DNA of 64,000 nucleotides from an uncultured Gammaproteobacteria bacterium (GTDB lineage Bacteria; Pseudomonadota; Gammaproteobacteria; SZUA-140): NCBI GenBank assembly GCA_947258425.1, contig CAMYIG010000049.1, positions 640 to 64,639 of the forward strand, read 5' to 3'. Shown piece by piece: positions 20,101 to 32,506 of this stretch (position 1 is its first letter; each line of letters starts with the position of its first letter). The notes under the pieces were generated by a model. It saw only the letters and a program-made list of their open reading frames with translations, ran no database searches and was not told where the DNA came from. The position numbers and the translations under genes were made by a program.

Positions 20101-21213
20101 TTAATGACAGGACACATATTCTACAACTTCCAGTCCAAAACCGGAGAGACCATGCAGCCGTTTTGGTTGTCCTAACACGCGCATCTCGCGCACGCCGACA
20201 TCCAGTAAAATCTGTGCGCCCACCCCGTAGGTTCGCAACTCATCGCCATGCAGCGGTAATGGCTGTACGATGCCGCGTTCGCGCATCTGATAATCCATCA
20301 TTTGACGAATGGTAGTGCTGGCATCGGGCAACTTCTTGAGGATCACGATCACACCCGCACCCTCTTTTGCTACACGCTCCATCGCCGCTTTGAGTGGCCA
20401 CGCACCGTCAAGACGTTCTGCACTCAACATATCGGCAAGAGGGTCTTCTAGGTGAACGCGCACCAATACTGGCTGGTCGAACGCTGGCTCGCCATACACT
20501 AACGCCTGATGCAGTTGCCCATCCACCACATCCTGAAAAGAAAGCACTCTAAACGTACCATACAGTGTTGAGAGAGTACATTCTGCAACGCGTTCAACGG
20601 TCTTTTCATTCTGTACACGATAGTGGATGAGGTCGGCAATCGCCCCCATTTTCAGGCCGTGCTGCTCAGAAAAGCGTTCCAGTTCTGGACGCCGCGCCAT
20701 GGTGCCATCTTCGTTGAGAATTTCTACAATCACGCTCGCAGGCTCCAGTCCGGCAAGGCGTGTCAAATCACAGCCCGCCTCGGTATGGCCTGCACGGGTT
20801 AACACACCGCCATCTTGTGCCATCAGTGGAAAGATATGGCCGGGTTGAGTCAAATCTTGTGGACCAGCATCTTTCTTTACCGCGGCCAGTACGGTAGTGG
20901 CGCGGTCAGCGGCCGAGATACCGGTCGTCACCCCGACCGCAGCTTCTATTGAAACGGTAAAGTTAGTGGCGTGATTGCTATGGGTATCACTCACCATCAA
21001 CGGCAAATTCAGCTGCGCGCAGCGGGCACGTGTCAACGTCAAACAGATCAGCCCACGGCCATAGCGCGCCATGAAATTAATATCGTCAGCGCTCACCGCC
21101 GTCGCCGCCATCACCAGATCGCCTTCGTTTTCACGATCTTCATCATCGACCAGTACCACCATTTTTCCCTGGCGGATCTCTTCGATGATCTCTTCTGTAC
21201 TACTCAAAGGCAT
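20101..21213 (-). CDS. ribBA: Bifunctional 3,4-dihydroxy-2-butanone-4-phosphate synthase / GTP cyclohydrolase II
   Basis: 370 aa. The N-terminal DHBP synthase domain is followed by a GTP cyclohydrolase II domain. Confidence 0.9.
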   Translation of the reverse strand: MPLSSTEEIIEEIRQGKMVVLVDDEDRENEGDLVMAATAVSADDINFMARYGRGLICLTLTRARCAQLNLPLMVSDTHSNHATNFTVSIEAAVGVTTGISAADRATTVLAAVKKDAGPQDLTQPGHIFPLMAQDGGVLTRAGHTEAGCDLTRLAGLEPASVIVEILNEDGTMARRPELERFSEQHGLKMGAIADLIHYRVQNEKTVERVAECTLSTLYGTFRVLSFQDVVDGQLHQALVYGEPAFDQPVLVRVHLEDPLADMLSAERLDGAWPLKAAMERVAKEGAGVIVILKKLPDASTTIRQMMDYQMRERGIVQPLPLHGDELRTYGVGAQILLDVGVREMRVLGQPKRLHGLSGFGLEVVEYVSCH

Positions 21214-21246
21214 GCCGTTACACCCTGTTAACTAGATTACTGATCA

Positions 21247-21903
21247 TCAATCACCAAAACCTTGCGACGCAAGAAACTCACGCGAAATCGTCGTCTGCTT
21301 ACCATCGCTGCCAGCGCCCTGTAATAGACGCTCAAGATAACGCGCGACAACATCGACCTCAATGTTGACCCGACTGCCCTGCTGGTACTCGCCAATGATG
21401 GTCTGTTGCTGTGTGTGCGGAATGATATTGACCACAAAGCCGCTATCACTTACCACATTGGTGGTGAGGCTCACGCCATCGACACAAATGGACCCTTTCA
21501 CAGCGATATATTTCGACAACTGCGGTGGCACATCAAAATTAATAATGATTGATTCACCCTGTTGCTTGATTGCCGCAACAGTCGCAACCCCGTCGACATG
21601 GCCGCTGACCATATGGCCACCGAGTCTCGTCGTCGGTAACAGCGCCTTTTCCAGGTTCACACGACTACCCAACTTGAGCGCGCCCAATGTGGTACAGGCG
21701 AGCGTCTCGGCCGAAACGTCGGCCGCAAACTGTGCATCATTTTTACTCACGACCGTCAGGCAGACGCCGTTGATCGCAATGCTGTCACCCAACTGTGCAT
21801 CACTCAACCCTAGCGAAGCAGACGCAAAACTCATGCGTGACTCGTCGCCTCTTTTTTCGATCGAGGCAACCTGACCCAGCGCCGCTACCAATCCTGTAAA
21901 CAT
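21247..21903 (-). CDS. ribE: Riboflavin synthase (alpha subunit)
   Basis: MFTGLV... start at 21903. Internal duplicated lumazine-binding halves. Confidence 0.85.
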   Translation of the reverse strand: MFTGLVAALGQVASIEKRGDESRMSFASASLGLSDAQLGDSIAINGVCLTVVSKNDAQFAADVSAETLACTTLGALKLGSRVNLEKALLPTTRLGGHMVSGHVDGVATVAAIKQQGESIIINFDVPPQLSKYIAVKGSICVDGVSLTTNVVSDSGFVVNIIPHTQQQTIIGEYQQGSRVNIEVDVVARYLERLLQGAGSDGKQTTISREFLASQGFGD

Positions 21904-21923
21904 AACTGCCTCATTTATCTCGC

Positions 21924-23063
21924 TCACTCTACGCTGGGCTGTAGCGTAATACGCCAATCATCGCCCACCGCTCGTATCTCTTTTATATTAAGTGGCACAC
22001 ATTGCGCCATCTTTTCAAGGCCGGGTAAAATCATCAGCCCACGCCCCTGATCACCCATCAGATGGGGTGCCATATAAATAATCAGTTCGTCAATCAAGCC
22101 CGCCTGCAACATCGCACCACTCAGCACCGGCCCCGCCTCTAGCAGCAATTCATTGATCTCAAGGGCGGCGAGGTATTCCAGTAACAACGGCAGGTTGACC
22201 CGCTTATCGTCACCTGCAAAACGACACACATTAACATGCTTCTGACGCAGTACATCGAGTATTTCCGTATACGCGACGGCTGTGGCAATCAATTTCTTAC
22301 CCGGCAAGCTCAACGTGCGACTCGCCAGCGGCGTGCGTAGCAATGAATCGACAATTACACGCATCGGTGGCCGCTGAGGCTCCCCCGCCAGTGCGACATG
22401 CAGTTCATCAATCCCTTCCGGTCTTACATCCAGTTGCGGATCATCTGCCAACATCGTACCGATGCCGGTCATGATCGCATCACTGCGTGCGCGCAGACGT
22501 TGCACATCCTGCCGTGCCGCGGATGAGGTGATCCATTTACTTTCGCCCGAGGCCATCGCGGTACGGCCATCGAGTGACATCGCCAGTTTACAGCGCACAA
22601 AGGGGCGACTTCGCGTGAAGCGCGAAATAAACCCTGGGTTAAGCGCCTCTGCTTCTGCTTGCAAAACGCCAACGTCTACTTCGATACCCGACGCCTTAAG
22701 TCTTTCCACTCCGCTACCTGAAACACGTGGGTTTGGATCATTCATGGCTACCACCACACGGCTCACGCCCGCTTTGATCAACGCATCGGCACAGGGCGGC
22801 GTACGCCCATGATGGCTGCACGGTTCAAGCGTCACATAGGCCGTTGCGCCGACACAGTTCTCGCCCGCCGCATTGAGCGCATAGACCTCAGCATGCGGTT
22901 CACCGGCTCGCATATGCCAACCTTCACCGGCGATCTCACCTTCTCTGACGACGACACAACCCACGCGTGGATTCGGGTGCGTCGTATAGAGCCCATGCCT
23001 TGCTAGCTGAACCGCACGCGCCATGAAGTGGTGATCTGCCGCGTTACTCTTTATCACTTTCAC
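21924..23063 (-). CDS. ribD: Bifunctional diaminohydroxyphosphoribosylaminopyrimidine deaminase / 5-amino-6-(5-phosphoribosylamino)uracil reductase
   Basis: CMP/dCMP deaminase zinc motifs ([14 protein letters not shown]) followed by a reductase domain. The true start may be the M at 23024. Confidence 0.9.
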   Translation of the reverse strand: MKVIKSNAADHHFMARAVQLARHGLYTTHPNPRVGCVVVREGEIAGEGWHMRAGEPHAEVYALNAAGENCVGATAYVTLEPCSHHGRTPPCADALIKAGVSRVVVAMNDPNPRVSGSGVERLKASGIEVDVGVLQAEAEALNPGFISRFTRSRPFVRCKLAMSLDGRTAMASGESKWITSSAARQDVQRLRARSDAIMTGIGTMLADDPQLDVRPEGIDELHVALAGEPQRPPMRVIVDSLLRTPLASRTLSLPGKKLIATAVAYTEILDVLRQKHVNVCRFAGDDKRVNLPLLLEYLAALEINELLLEAGPVLSGAMLQAGLIDELIIYMAPHLMGDQGRGLMILPGLEKMAQCVPLNIKEIRAVGDDWRITLQPSVE

Positions 23064-23556
23064 CCGGCAGCAGTGTTATCTGACGCTCTTTAAGCTCCGG
23101 GGTCGACTCATTTTGCAGCCGTTCAATCTCTTCACGAAAGGCGTTCACATCCTGAAAACTTCGATAAACAGATGCGAAGCGAACATAGGCCACTTCATCT
23201 AAATCACGTAACTCTGCCATCACCCACTCACCCAACCTGCCCGAAGGGATCTCTCGTTCACCGCTGGCACGCAGTTTATGTTTAATGCGGTTGATGGCAC
23301 TGTCGATGTCCTCGATATTGACCGGGCGTTTTTCCATCGCCCGCAACACGCCCGCTCGCAGTTTTTCCTCATTAAAAGGCTCTCGGGTACCATCGCTTTT
23401 TACCATGCGAGGCAATGCTAGTTCTGCCGTTTCAAAGGTGGTGAAGCGCTCACTACAGGTGACGCATTCGCGCCGACGACGCACAACATCGCCATCGCTG
23501 GCGAGGCGTGAATCGATCACCTTGGTATCTGCTTCACCACAGAATGGACAGTGCAT
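23044..23556 (-). CDS. nrdR: Transcriptional repressor NrdR
   Basis: [17 protein letters not shown]... zinc ribbon followed by an ATP-cone. Confidence 0.9.
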   Translation of the reverse strand: MHCPFCGEADTKVIDSRLASDGDVVRRRRECVTCSERFTTFETAELALPRMVKSDGTREPFNEEKLRAGVLRAMEKRPVNIEDIDSAINRIKHKLRASGEREIPSGRLGEWVMAELRDLDEVAYVRFASVYRSFQDVNAFREEIERLQNESTPELKERQITLLPGESDKE

Positions 23557-23631
23557 ATCGTGATACTCAGCGTAGCGAAAAAGTTATCAAATATCCCTCA
23601 ACAAGCGGCGTATTGCGTGACATGTTGCCAG

Positions 23632-24885
23632 CTATTTATAGACCGGAAAGCGTTCGCAAATCGCCAACACTTCACCTTTAACGCGTTTAACGACGGCGTC
23701 ATTGCCCAGATCATCCAGCACATCACAGATCCAGCCCGCCAGTTGCTTCGACTCATCTTCCTTAAATCCACGGGTGGTAATTGCTGGGGTGCCGATACGA
23801 ACACCACTGGTCACAAACGGTGACTGCGGATCATTGGGTACGCTATTTTTGTTGACCGTAATGTTGCTGGCACCGAGTGCAGCATCGGCCGCTTTTCCAG
23901 TCATGCCCTTGTCAATCAGGTCCACCAGGAACAGATGATTTTCGGTCTTTCCGGAGACGATTTTATAGCCACGTTCCTGCATCACGGTCGCCATCGCCTG
24001 CGCATTGGCCACCACTTGCTGTTGATAGACCTTAAACTCGGGCAACAGTGCCTCTTTGAAGGCGACGGCTTTACCTGCAATCACGTGCATCAATGGGCCA
24101 CCCTGTGTACCGGGAAAAACCATTGAATTAAGTTTTTTCTCAATCTCAGGATTGCGCTTCGCCAGAATAATTCCGCCACGTGGGCCGCGTAATGTCTTGT
24201 GTGTGGTCGAAGTGGTGACATCGGCAATGTGAACCGGGCTCGGGTAGACACCTGCCGCTACCAGTCCAGCCACGTGGGCCATGTCCACGACCAGGTAGGC
24301 GCCGACCTTATCTGCAATCTCGCGGAAACGTTGCCAGTCAACCACGCGCGAATAAGCACTAAAACCTGCAATCACCATTTTCGGTTTATGTTCAAGCGCC
24401 AGCGCCTCGGCCTGATCGTAATCGATTTCGCCCGTCGCTTCATTCAGACCATATTGCACGGCATTGAAAATCTTGCCGGAGAAGTTGACCTTCGATCCAT
24501 GCGTTAGATGTCCGCCATGGGCCAGGCTCATACCAAGTATGGTGTCCCCTGCATTTAGTAACGCAAGGTAGACCGCTGCATTGGCCTGCGAGCCAGAGTG
24601 CGGCTGTACGTTGGCGTAATCGGCACCGAAGAGTTCTTTGAGGCGGTCAATCGCAAGCTGTTCAACAATATCAACATGCTCACAGCCGCCATAGTAACGC
24701 TTGAACGGATAGCCCTCGGCATATTTATTGGTCAACACAGACCCCTGCGCCTCCATTACACGAGGGCTGGTGTAATTTTCCGAAGCGATCAGTTCAATGT
24801 GCTCCTCTTGTCGGCGGGCTTCATTTTCCATTGCCGAGGACAGCACTTCATCAAAACCCGCAATTGTCATATCCGATGTAAACAT
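23632..24885 (-). CDS. glyA: Serine hydroxymethyltransferase
   Basis: 417 aa, collinear with GlyA. Confidence 0.95.
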   Translation of the reverse strand: MFTSDMTIAGFDEVLSSAMENEARRQEEHIELIASENYTSPRVMEAQGSVLTNKYAEGYPFKRYYGGCEHVDIVEQLAIDRLKELFGADYANVQPHSGSQANAAVYLALLNAGDTILGMSLAHGGHLTHGSKVNFSGKIFNAVQYGLNEATGEIDYDQAEALALEHKPKMVIAGFSAYSRVVDWQRFREIADKVGAYLVVDMAHVAGLVAAGVYPSPVHIADVTTSTTHKTLRGPRGGIILAKRNPEIEKKLNSMVFPGTQGGPLMHVIAGKAVAFKEALLPEFKVYQQQVVANAQAMATVMQERGYKIVSGKTENHLFLVDLIDKGMTGKAADAALGASNITVNKNSVPNDPQSPFVTSGVRIGTPAITTRGFKEDESKQLAGWICDVLDDLGNDAVVKRVKGEVLAICERFPVYK

Positions 24886-25292
24886 CTATTCACTTTCTCC
24901 AAAATAGCCCGGGCAACCTTCACGACAGCGCCCACAATTCATCAAAACCAAAGCGGGGTATGATACCTGATCGCTAAAAATTACTCATTATCAAGATGCT
25001 ACATCTCTATGTTAATTACTTCCTGCCCCCTTGTAATGATTAATTTTAACCACATCTTCATTTCTCACCCCCGTACGCTACGCAGTTAAAAGCCTCCATT
25101 TGGATCATTAAAAAAACATAACTGTTATCATTAAGATATTGATAAACAATGGATTAACTTCATCATAAGAATTAATCATACATTATTAATATAAAATTCG
25201 AGTGTCCGCAATGGTTTCCGGTATAATAGTCATAAAATTGACTTTATATTTAGGGAGGGACCCCGGAGTAGTAAGTAAGCAAGTAATAAAAA

Positions 25293-26630
25293 ATGACAGC
25301 TTTTTCTGAACATAACAGTACCTCGACCATCCTGAGGCTTCTGGAATTCTCCAGTCAGAACCAGGCTGAGATCGATATTATTCATACTCATATCAAGAGT
25401 GTGCTTACTGCTAACGAAACAGAGCAACGCCATCAGTATCAAGCTTACCGCTCGTTGCTCTCAACATTGATGACTTATCACAGTCAATCCAGTGAAAAAG
25501 ATGCCCCTATTAAACAACATTTAGCACTACTTAAACTAAGGCTCGACAGTCAGCCTGGTGTAGCTGAACTCAATGCAATAAAAGCGACGATTGAAGCAAT
25601 CATTAGCGGTGATTCCCTTACAAAAAACAGTTCAACAAGCGATATGCAACGGGGTGATATCGGATCTGCAACGCAGGCGGAAACCGAGGATACATTTCAC
25701 TACATCGATCCCGTTCCTACTCCATTACCACCTGTCATCGAAGAGCAAAAAACCAACAGCGAATTTAGACTGTTAGATAAAAAACGTAAAAGAATGGAAG
25801 AGATTCAGGCCGCCCTTTCACTCCATTTATCTGAAGTTGCAGAGCAAAATAGAGCCCTTGGAAAAGCGCTAGATAACGAACGTAACAACATCAACAACAG
25901 CAATAATGCCGGCGAACTACAGACACTCAAACAGGAACTGTCGAATGAAATATCAACACTCCTGCAAGGGCACAACTCATTAACTGAAAAACTCGATAAC
26001 GCTACCAAGTTCTTACATATGATCGAAAGCGAAGGCCAGGACCTGAGCGATGAACTCAAAAAAGCGCATACGCTTAGCTTAACGGACGAACTTACCCAGC
26101 TGCCCAATCGGCGCGCCTTTTACAAGCGCATCGAAGATGAAGTATCACGGGTACAGCGCTATGAATATCCGCTCTGTCTCGCACTCATCGATCTTGATGC
26201 GTTTAAATCAATCAACGACCGTTACGGGCACAACACAGGCGATGAAGTGCTGCGCAGCTTTGCTGAACGGGCACTCTCAGGCTTCAGGCATCATGACCTC
26301 GCCTCCCGCTATGGTGGCGAAGAGTTTGCCATTATCCTGCCAAACACCGATATCAAAGGCGCCCTACGTGCGCTGGAAAAAGTGCGGGGCCGCACCAGTC
26401 AATGCACCTTCCAATATGATGGCGCTACTTATCCCATTCCTACTTTTTCAGCCGGGATTGCACTCTACACCGCAGGGGAAACGCCAGAGGCAATGATAGA
26501 ACGCGCAGATCAACTGCTCTATCGTGCTAAACGAATGGGGCGTAACCGTATCGAAGTAGCTGAAGATGAGATGATAGCCAGTGACATGATGAATGCAACA
26601 TCTCAACAGCCATCGTTAAAGATTGAATAA
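25293..26630 (+). CDS. Diguanylate cyclase with a long N-terminal coiled-coil region
   Basis: C-terminal GGDEF domain with the active-site variant RYGGEEFAI. Confidence 0.8.
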   Translation: MTAFSEHNSTSTILRLLEFSSQNQAEIDIIHTHIKSVLTANETEQRHQYQAYRSLLSTLMTYHSQSSEKDAPIKQHLALLKLRLDSQPGVAELNAIKATIEAIISGDSLTKNSSTSDMQRGDIGSATQAETEDTFHYIDPVPTPLPPVIEEQKTNSEFRLLDKKRKRMEEIQAALSLHLSEVAEQNRALGKALDNERNNINNSNNAGELQTLKQELSNEISTLLQGHNSLTEKLDNATKFLHMIESEGQDLSDELKKAHTLSLTDELTQLPNRRAFYKRIEDEVSRVQRYEYPLCLALIDLDAFKSINDRYGHNTGDEVLRSFAERALSGFRHHDLASRYGGEEFAIILPNTDIKGALRALEKVRGRTSQCTFQYDGATYPIPTFSAGIALYTAGETPEAMIERADQLLYRAKRMGRNRIEVAEDEMIASDMMNATSQQPSLKIE

Positions 26631-26677
26631 ATTAAATTGGATGGGCTAAAGCGCCCACCAACCAATCTCAATAGTGA

Positions 26678-27625
26678 TCAGGGCAGGTCACCAAGCGTTT
26701 CCTGCTCACCCTCTTTTTTAATCGGCATCAAATCCTGCTTGTTGATCCCTAAGGCCAGCGCAGTGGCACTTGCCACATAGACGGATGAGTAAGTGCCAAC
26801 AACGATACCGATAATCAACGCAGTCGCGAAGCTATGAATAATCGCTCCACCAAGCACGAACAGCGCTAACAGCACAAACAGCGTTGTAATCGAGGTGACT
26901 AATGTACGCGAGAGCATCTGGTTAATCGAGCGATTAGCGATTTCGACCGGTGTACCTTTGCGCATTTTACGGAAATTCTCACGGATACGATCGAACACCA
27001 CGATGGTATCGTTCAACGAGTAACCAATCACCGCCAGTATCGCCGCTAATGTGGTGAGATCGAACTCCAGCTGAAGCAGCGAAAAGATACCCAGAGTAAT
27101 CACCACGTCATGTACCAATGCAGCGACTGAACCCACTGCAAAACGTTTCTCAAAACGCAATGTAACATAGATAAGGATACCGAACAGTGCGTAGATCATT
27201 GCCAGACCACCGTCTTCGGTCAATTCATCACCGACCTGTGGCCCTACAAACTCAACACGACGCATCTCTACTTCATCGCTACCCGCCGCTGCATGCAGTG
27301 CATCGAGCACATCATTACTCAAATCTGCATCACTTTTTTCACCATGAGGGGGGACGCGAATCAGAACATCTTTTGAAGTGCCAAAATGCTGTGCAATCGC
27401 ATCACCATAACCGGCGTCGGCCAGCGTTTCACGCACATCACCAAGATCAACCGTGTTGTTATAGCCGACCTCAATCAGGGTGCCGCCCGTGAAGTCGATA
27501 CCGAAGTTTAGACCCCGGGTAGCGAGTGATCCTATGGAGATAATGACCAGTATTAATGACATTACCAGCGCCAGCTTGCGCTTGCCCATAAAATCAAATG
27601 AAGGCTCTTTATTGAATATTTTCAT
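26678..27625 (-). CDS. secF: Protein translocase subunit SecF
   Basis: 315 aa, last gene of the conserved yajC-secD-secF cluster. Confidence 0.9.
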   Translation of the reverse strand: MKIFNKEPSFDFMGKRKLALVMSLILVIISIGSLATRGLNFGIDFTGGTLIEVGYNNTVDLGDVRETLADAGYGDAIAQHFGTSKDVLIRVPPHGEKSDADLSNDVLDALHAAAGSDEVEMRRVEFVGPQVGDELTEDGGLAMIYALFGILIYVTLRFEKRFAVGSVAALVHDVVITLGIFSLLQLEFDLTTLAAILAVIGYSLNDTIVVFDRIRENFRKMRKGTPVEIANRSINQMLSRTLVTSITTLFVLLALFVLGGAIIHSFATALIIGIVVGTYSSVYVASATALALGINKQDLMPIKKEGEQETLGDLP

Positions 27626-27661
27626 CTAATCATTCATCCATTCATTGCGGCCATCTAAGTT

Positions 27662-29527
27662 TTAGATCGCCAGCTTTTTAACTTTACGACGACCGTATAT
27701 CAAATTAATCACGGCACGTGTGCCCATAATCGCAGTAAACATTGAGGTGATAATGCCGATCGACAGCGTGATGGCAAAACCTTTAATGGGTCCAGTACCG
27801 AAGGCATATAGCACCAACGCTGCAATCAACGTGGTGATATTGGCATCTGCAATGGTCGAAAGCGCCTTATCGTAACCGGCATTGATACTGGCCTGAGGCG
27901 TATTGCCACTGCGCAGCTCTTCTCGAATACGTTCAAAGATCAGCACATTGGCGTCGACAGCCATCCCCACCGTCAACACGATTCCAGCAATACCCGGCAA
28001 CGTCAGGGTGGCCTGCAACATCGAAAGCACCGCAACAATCATCACCAGATTGACTGCCAGTGCAATATTCGCTACCAGCCCAAAAACGCGATACCACACT
28101 GCCATAAAGATCATCACAATGATAAAACCGACGATCACGGAGTTCGTTCCCTGATCGATATTATCCTGACCGAGGCTTGGACCAACGGTGCGTTCTTCGA
28201 CAATTTCAATCGGTGCCGCCAGTGCACCCGCCCTCAATAGGAGCGCGAGGTCACGCGCTTCATCGGTGCTGTCTAAACCGGTAATCTGAAAACGTTTACT
28301 GAACTGATCACGAATCACCGCAACGTTGATCACCTCTTCAACCTTTTTCTTGCTCTTTACCAGCTCGCCATCAACACGTTTAATATCTACCTTGTTTTCA
28401 ATGAAAACCACCGCCATGGGCTTGCCAATATTTTCACGCGTGGTATCTGCCATCTTGCGAGCGCCCTTACTATCAAGGGAGATGAAGACCGTGGGGGATC
28501 CATTTTGCTGTTCGATACCGGAGGCGGCATCAATAATCTGATCACCAGTAACGATGATGCGCTTCTTCAGCAGAATAGGACTGCCATTACGCTCTTTATA
28601 AAGCCGCGTTCCCACCGGTGGTCGGCCTGCGAGTGCTGCCTCAACATCCCCATTTTCAACGGCCATCCTGAATTCAAGCGTTGCCGTCGCGCCAAGTATC
28701 TCCTTCGCTCGTGCGGTATCCTGAATCCCCGGCAGTTGTACTACAATACGGTTTTCACCCTGTTGCTGTACCACCGGTTCGGCCACACCCAATTCGTTGA
28801 CACGGTTACGTAGCGTGACGACATTCTGCTGCAGTGCCAGCTTCTTGATTTCACGCAACTCCTGGTCGCTGATCGTTGCCACCAGAAAAGTATCGTTGCC
28901 GCGAGCTTCTTCTTCAAGCAACAAACGAGGGAATTCCTTACGGATAAGACTTTGTGCGGCATCACGATCTGCAATATCACGAAACTTGATCTCCACCGCA
29001 TGGCCACTCGCGACTCTGGCGATGGTGAGATAGCGCACTTTTTCGCCCCGTAAGATGGCGCGCAGGTCACTGACATAACGCTCGCCCGCCTGCCGCAGCG
29101 CAGCCACCATATCCACTTCCATTAGAAAATGGACACCCCCACGCAGATCAAGCCCAAGATACATCGGTGCAGCATTCAATGAAGTTAGCCATGCAGGCGT
29201 CGCGGGTGTCAAGTTAAGTGCTGAGACATAACTATCGCCCATCTTTGCATCGATAATATCCTTGGCACGATACTGATCTTCGGTACTGTTGAAGCGAATC
29301 AACATGCCTCGTTCAGTCTCTTCAAAGGATTTAAAAGAGAGCCCTTCGCCTTTCAGCAATCCGGTCACACGGGCGCGACTCTCGTCGTCCACCACTGCGC
29401 CTCTTAGTGGCGACACCTGCACTGAGGGGTCATCACCGTAGAGGTTAGGGAGTGCATACAGTGCGCCGGTGAGGAGCACAGCTACAATCAGGACGTATTT
29501 CCAAACGGGGTATTGATTCATCGTCAA
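27662..29527 (-). CDS. secD: Protein translocase subunit SecD
   Basis: 621 aa, collinear with SecD. Confidence 0.9.
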   Translation of the reverse strand: MTMNQYPVWKYVLIVAVLLTGALYALPNLYGDDPSVQVSPLRGAVVDDESRARVTGLLKGEGLSFKSFEETERGMLIRFNSTEDQYRAKDIIDAKMGDSYVSALNLTPATPAWLTSLNAAPMYLGLDLRGGVHFLMEVDMVAALRQAGERYVSDLRAILRGEKVRYLTIARVASGHAVEIKFRDIADRDAAQSLIRKEFPRLLLEEEARGNDTFLVATISDQELREIKKLALQQNVVTLRNRVNELGVAEPVVQQQGENRIVVQLPGIQDTARAKEILGATATLEFRMAVENGDVEAALAGRPPVGTRLYKERNGSPILLKKRIIVTGDQIIDAASGIEQQNGSPTVFISLDSKGARKMADTTRENIGKPMAVVFIENKVDIKRVDGELVKSKKKVEEVINVAVIRDQFSKRFQITGLDSTDEARDLALLLRAGALAAPIEIVEERTVGPSLGQDNIDQGTNSVIVGFIIVMIFMAVWYRVFGLVANIALAVNLVMIVAVLSMLQATLTLPGIAGIVLTVGMAVDANVLIFERIREELRSGNTPQASINAGYDKALSTIADANITTLIAALVLYAFGTGPIKGFAITLSIGIITSMFTAIMGTRAVINLIYGRRKVKKLAI

Positions 29528-29552
29528 CCAGCCTTTACTTGCTACAGTACTT

Positions 29553-29888
29553 TTATGCTTTGCCTTTCATCGTACCCTTGGGCATCAATGCAGAGACGGC
29601 GCTCCGTTGTACCTTAATCTCCACTCCATTGGCGATATCCAGTCCAATAAAACTTTCGTCTACGCTGGTAATCTTGCCGAGCACACCACCCGATGTGACC
29701 ACCTCATCGCCCTTGGCCAGCGCGGCCACCATGGTACGGTGCTCTTTGCTACGTTTCATCTGAGGTCTCAGCAGCAAAAAGTAAAAAATCACAAAGATCA
29801 CTATCAATGGCAGCAGGCCCATCAGTTCAGAACCCGCAGAAGGAGCCGCAGCACCCTCTGCCCACGCTTCATTAATAAAAAAGCTCAT
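29553..29888 (-). CDS. yajC: Preprotein translocase subunit YajC
   Basis: MSFFINEAWA... matches the E. coli YajC start. The ORF-track start at 29909 lies 7 codons upstream. Confidence 0.85.
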   Translation of the reverse strand: MSFFINEAWAEGAAAPSAGSELMGLLPLIVIFVIFYFLLLRPQMKRSKEHRTMVAALAKGDEVVTSGGVLGKITSVDESFIGLDIANGVEIKVQRSAVSALMPKGTMKGKA

Positions 29889-29933
29889 TTTTCTTCCCTC
29901 TCCTATCAAAACCAGTAATTCAACAGCGCAGCA

Positions 29934-31076
<1,143 letters not shown>

Positions 31077-31084
31077 CTATCACA

Positions 31085-32128
31085 TCAAGCCAGTTTCAAG
31101 ATCGCTTCCGGGAGCGGTGTAATAAACATCGCATCGCCATAGCTGTAAAAGCGATAACGCTGTTCAATGGCGTGTCGGTAGGCCGCCAGCATATTTTCAC
31201 GGCCACCAAAGGCACTCACCAGCATCAATAGCGTCGATTCTGGCATGTGAAAATTGGTCACCAGCGCATCGACACAACTGAAACGATAACCGGGGTAGAT
31301 AAAGATATTCGTTTCGCCACTGAACGCGCTCGGCACACCCGCTTGGGACGCGGTTTCAAGACTGCGAACCACGGTGGTGCCGACCGCAATCACCCGCCCA
31401 CCACGCGCTCTTGTCTCGATGATGGCATCACAAGTGGCCTGCGGTACTTCGACATATTCATAGTGCATTTCATGCGTGGCGATGTCATCGACCCGTACCG
31501 GCTTGACTGTCGTCTGCCTGGCTCCTTTGGCGCTGATTTCGTCCAGTATCGATTGATCAAAATGAAGACCCGCCGTGGGCGCCGCGACCGCGCCGGGATG
31601 CTCAGCAAATATCGTTTGGTAACGCTGCTGATCAAATGCGTCATCTGAACGATCAATGTACGGCGGCAGCGGCATGTGACCAATCGCCTGTACGACCGCA
31701 ATTGCGCTACGTTGATCATCAAGGCGCAGCTGATAAAAACCGTTATCGCGTGCAATGACTTCAGCCTTAATGCCCTCTTCACCCAGCAGTAACTGCCCAC
31801 CCACTTTGGGGGCTTTGCTGGCTCGGATCTGCACCAAAAGTTCACTGTCACTGAGTACACGCTCCAGCATGACCTCGATACGCCCGCCACTCGCTTTTGT
31901 ACCAAAAATACGCGCCGGAATCACGCGGGTGTTATTAAGGACGAGTAGATCATCTTTATTAAGTAGCGTTGGTAACTGCGCAAATTGTTGGTCACGCCAT
32001 TCACCCTTTGCACCATCAAGGCATAACAGGCGACTCTGGGTACGCTCCCTTAAGGGCCACTGTGCAATCAAATCGGGTGGTAAATCAAAATTAAAATCGG
32101 AAAGCTGCATCATCTCTACTGCGGTCAC
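31085..32128 (-). CDS. queA: S-adenosylmethionine:tRNA ribosyltransferase-isomerase
   Basis: QueA family. The true start is likely the M at 32110 (MQLSDFNFDLP). Confidence 0.9.
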   Translation of the reverse strand: MTAVEMMQLSDFNFDLPPDLIAQWPLRERTQSRLLCLDGAKGEWRDQQFAQLPTLLNKDDLLVLNNTRVIPARIFGTKASGGRIEVMLERVLSDSELLVQIRASKAPKVGGQLLLGEEGIKAEVIARDNGFYQLRLDDQRSAIAVVQAIGHMPLPPYIDRSDDAFDQQRYQTIFAEHPGAVAAPTAGLHFDQSILDEISAKGARQTTVKPVRVDDIATHEMHYEYVEVPQATCDAIIETRARGGRVIAVGTTVVRSLETASQAGVPSAFSGETNIFIYPGYRFSCVDALVTNFHMPESTLLMLVSAFGGRENMLAAYRHAIEQRYRFYSYGDAMFITPLPEAILKLA

Positions 32129-32162
32129 TCATTCTGTTTAGCTATTATCGACACGGTCTGCT

Positions 32163-32192
32163 TGTCACGTTGCATCGAACACTTGTATAATC
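32163..32192 (+). promoter_or_regulatory. Sigma70-type promoter for tRNA-Leu
   Basis: TTGTCA-18 nt-TATAAT ends 12 nt upstream of the tRNA 5' end. Confidence 0.4.
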
Positions 32193-32204
32193 CGCGTTCC
32201 CCGT

Positions 32205-32288
32205 GCCGGGGTGGCGGAACTGGTAGACGCGTCGGATTCAAAATCCGATGGCCTTGCGGTCGTGAGAGTTCGAGTCTCTTTTCCAGCA
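32205..32288 (+). tRNA. tRNA-Leu (anticodon CAA), class II with long variable arm; acceptor stem imperfect
   Basis: The D-arm TGGCGGAACTGGTAGACGCG is nearly identical to E. coli tRNA-Leu. The anticodon stem-loop is TCGGA-TTCAAAA-TCCGA, the variable arm is 15 nt, and the T-arm is GAGAG-TTCGAGT-CTCTT. The acceptor stem has a C3:A70 mismatch and two G:U pairs, and no CCA is encoded. Confidence 0.7.
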
Positions 32289-32506
32289 CTCTCTTTTCTG
32301 CTTCCCGTATTACCGACTTCTGAAACTAACCAACGCACTATCCGCGCGGGCGCAATGATAGCACAAGCCAGCCGCCAGTCCTCAATAGCACGCTAAACGC
32401 ACCATGCAAAGCCAGAGCACCTATTTCAGACGATATGTTATGATCGTACTGTGCGCCATCCAACGCGCGTTTCGAGGGGTTTTTCCGCAACGATATAACA
32501 GGATGG

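Noticed and set aside
21214-21246. Looked for an FMN riboswitch upstream of ribBA
   Set aside because: The ribE-ribBA intergenic region is only 33 nt, too short for an FMN element. rib genes here are embedded in the nrdR-ribD...nusB operon.
26642-26656. Possible bidirectional terminator between the GGDEF gene and secF
   Set aside because: Only a 5-bp stem (TGGGC/GCCCA) with no T-tract, too weak to call.
32211-32396. 61-aa ORF overlapping the tRNA-Leu gene
   Set aside because: It overlaps a structured RNA gene and its promoter and has no coding signal.
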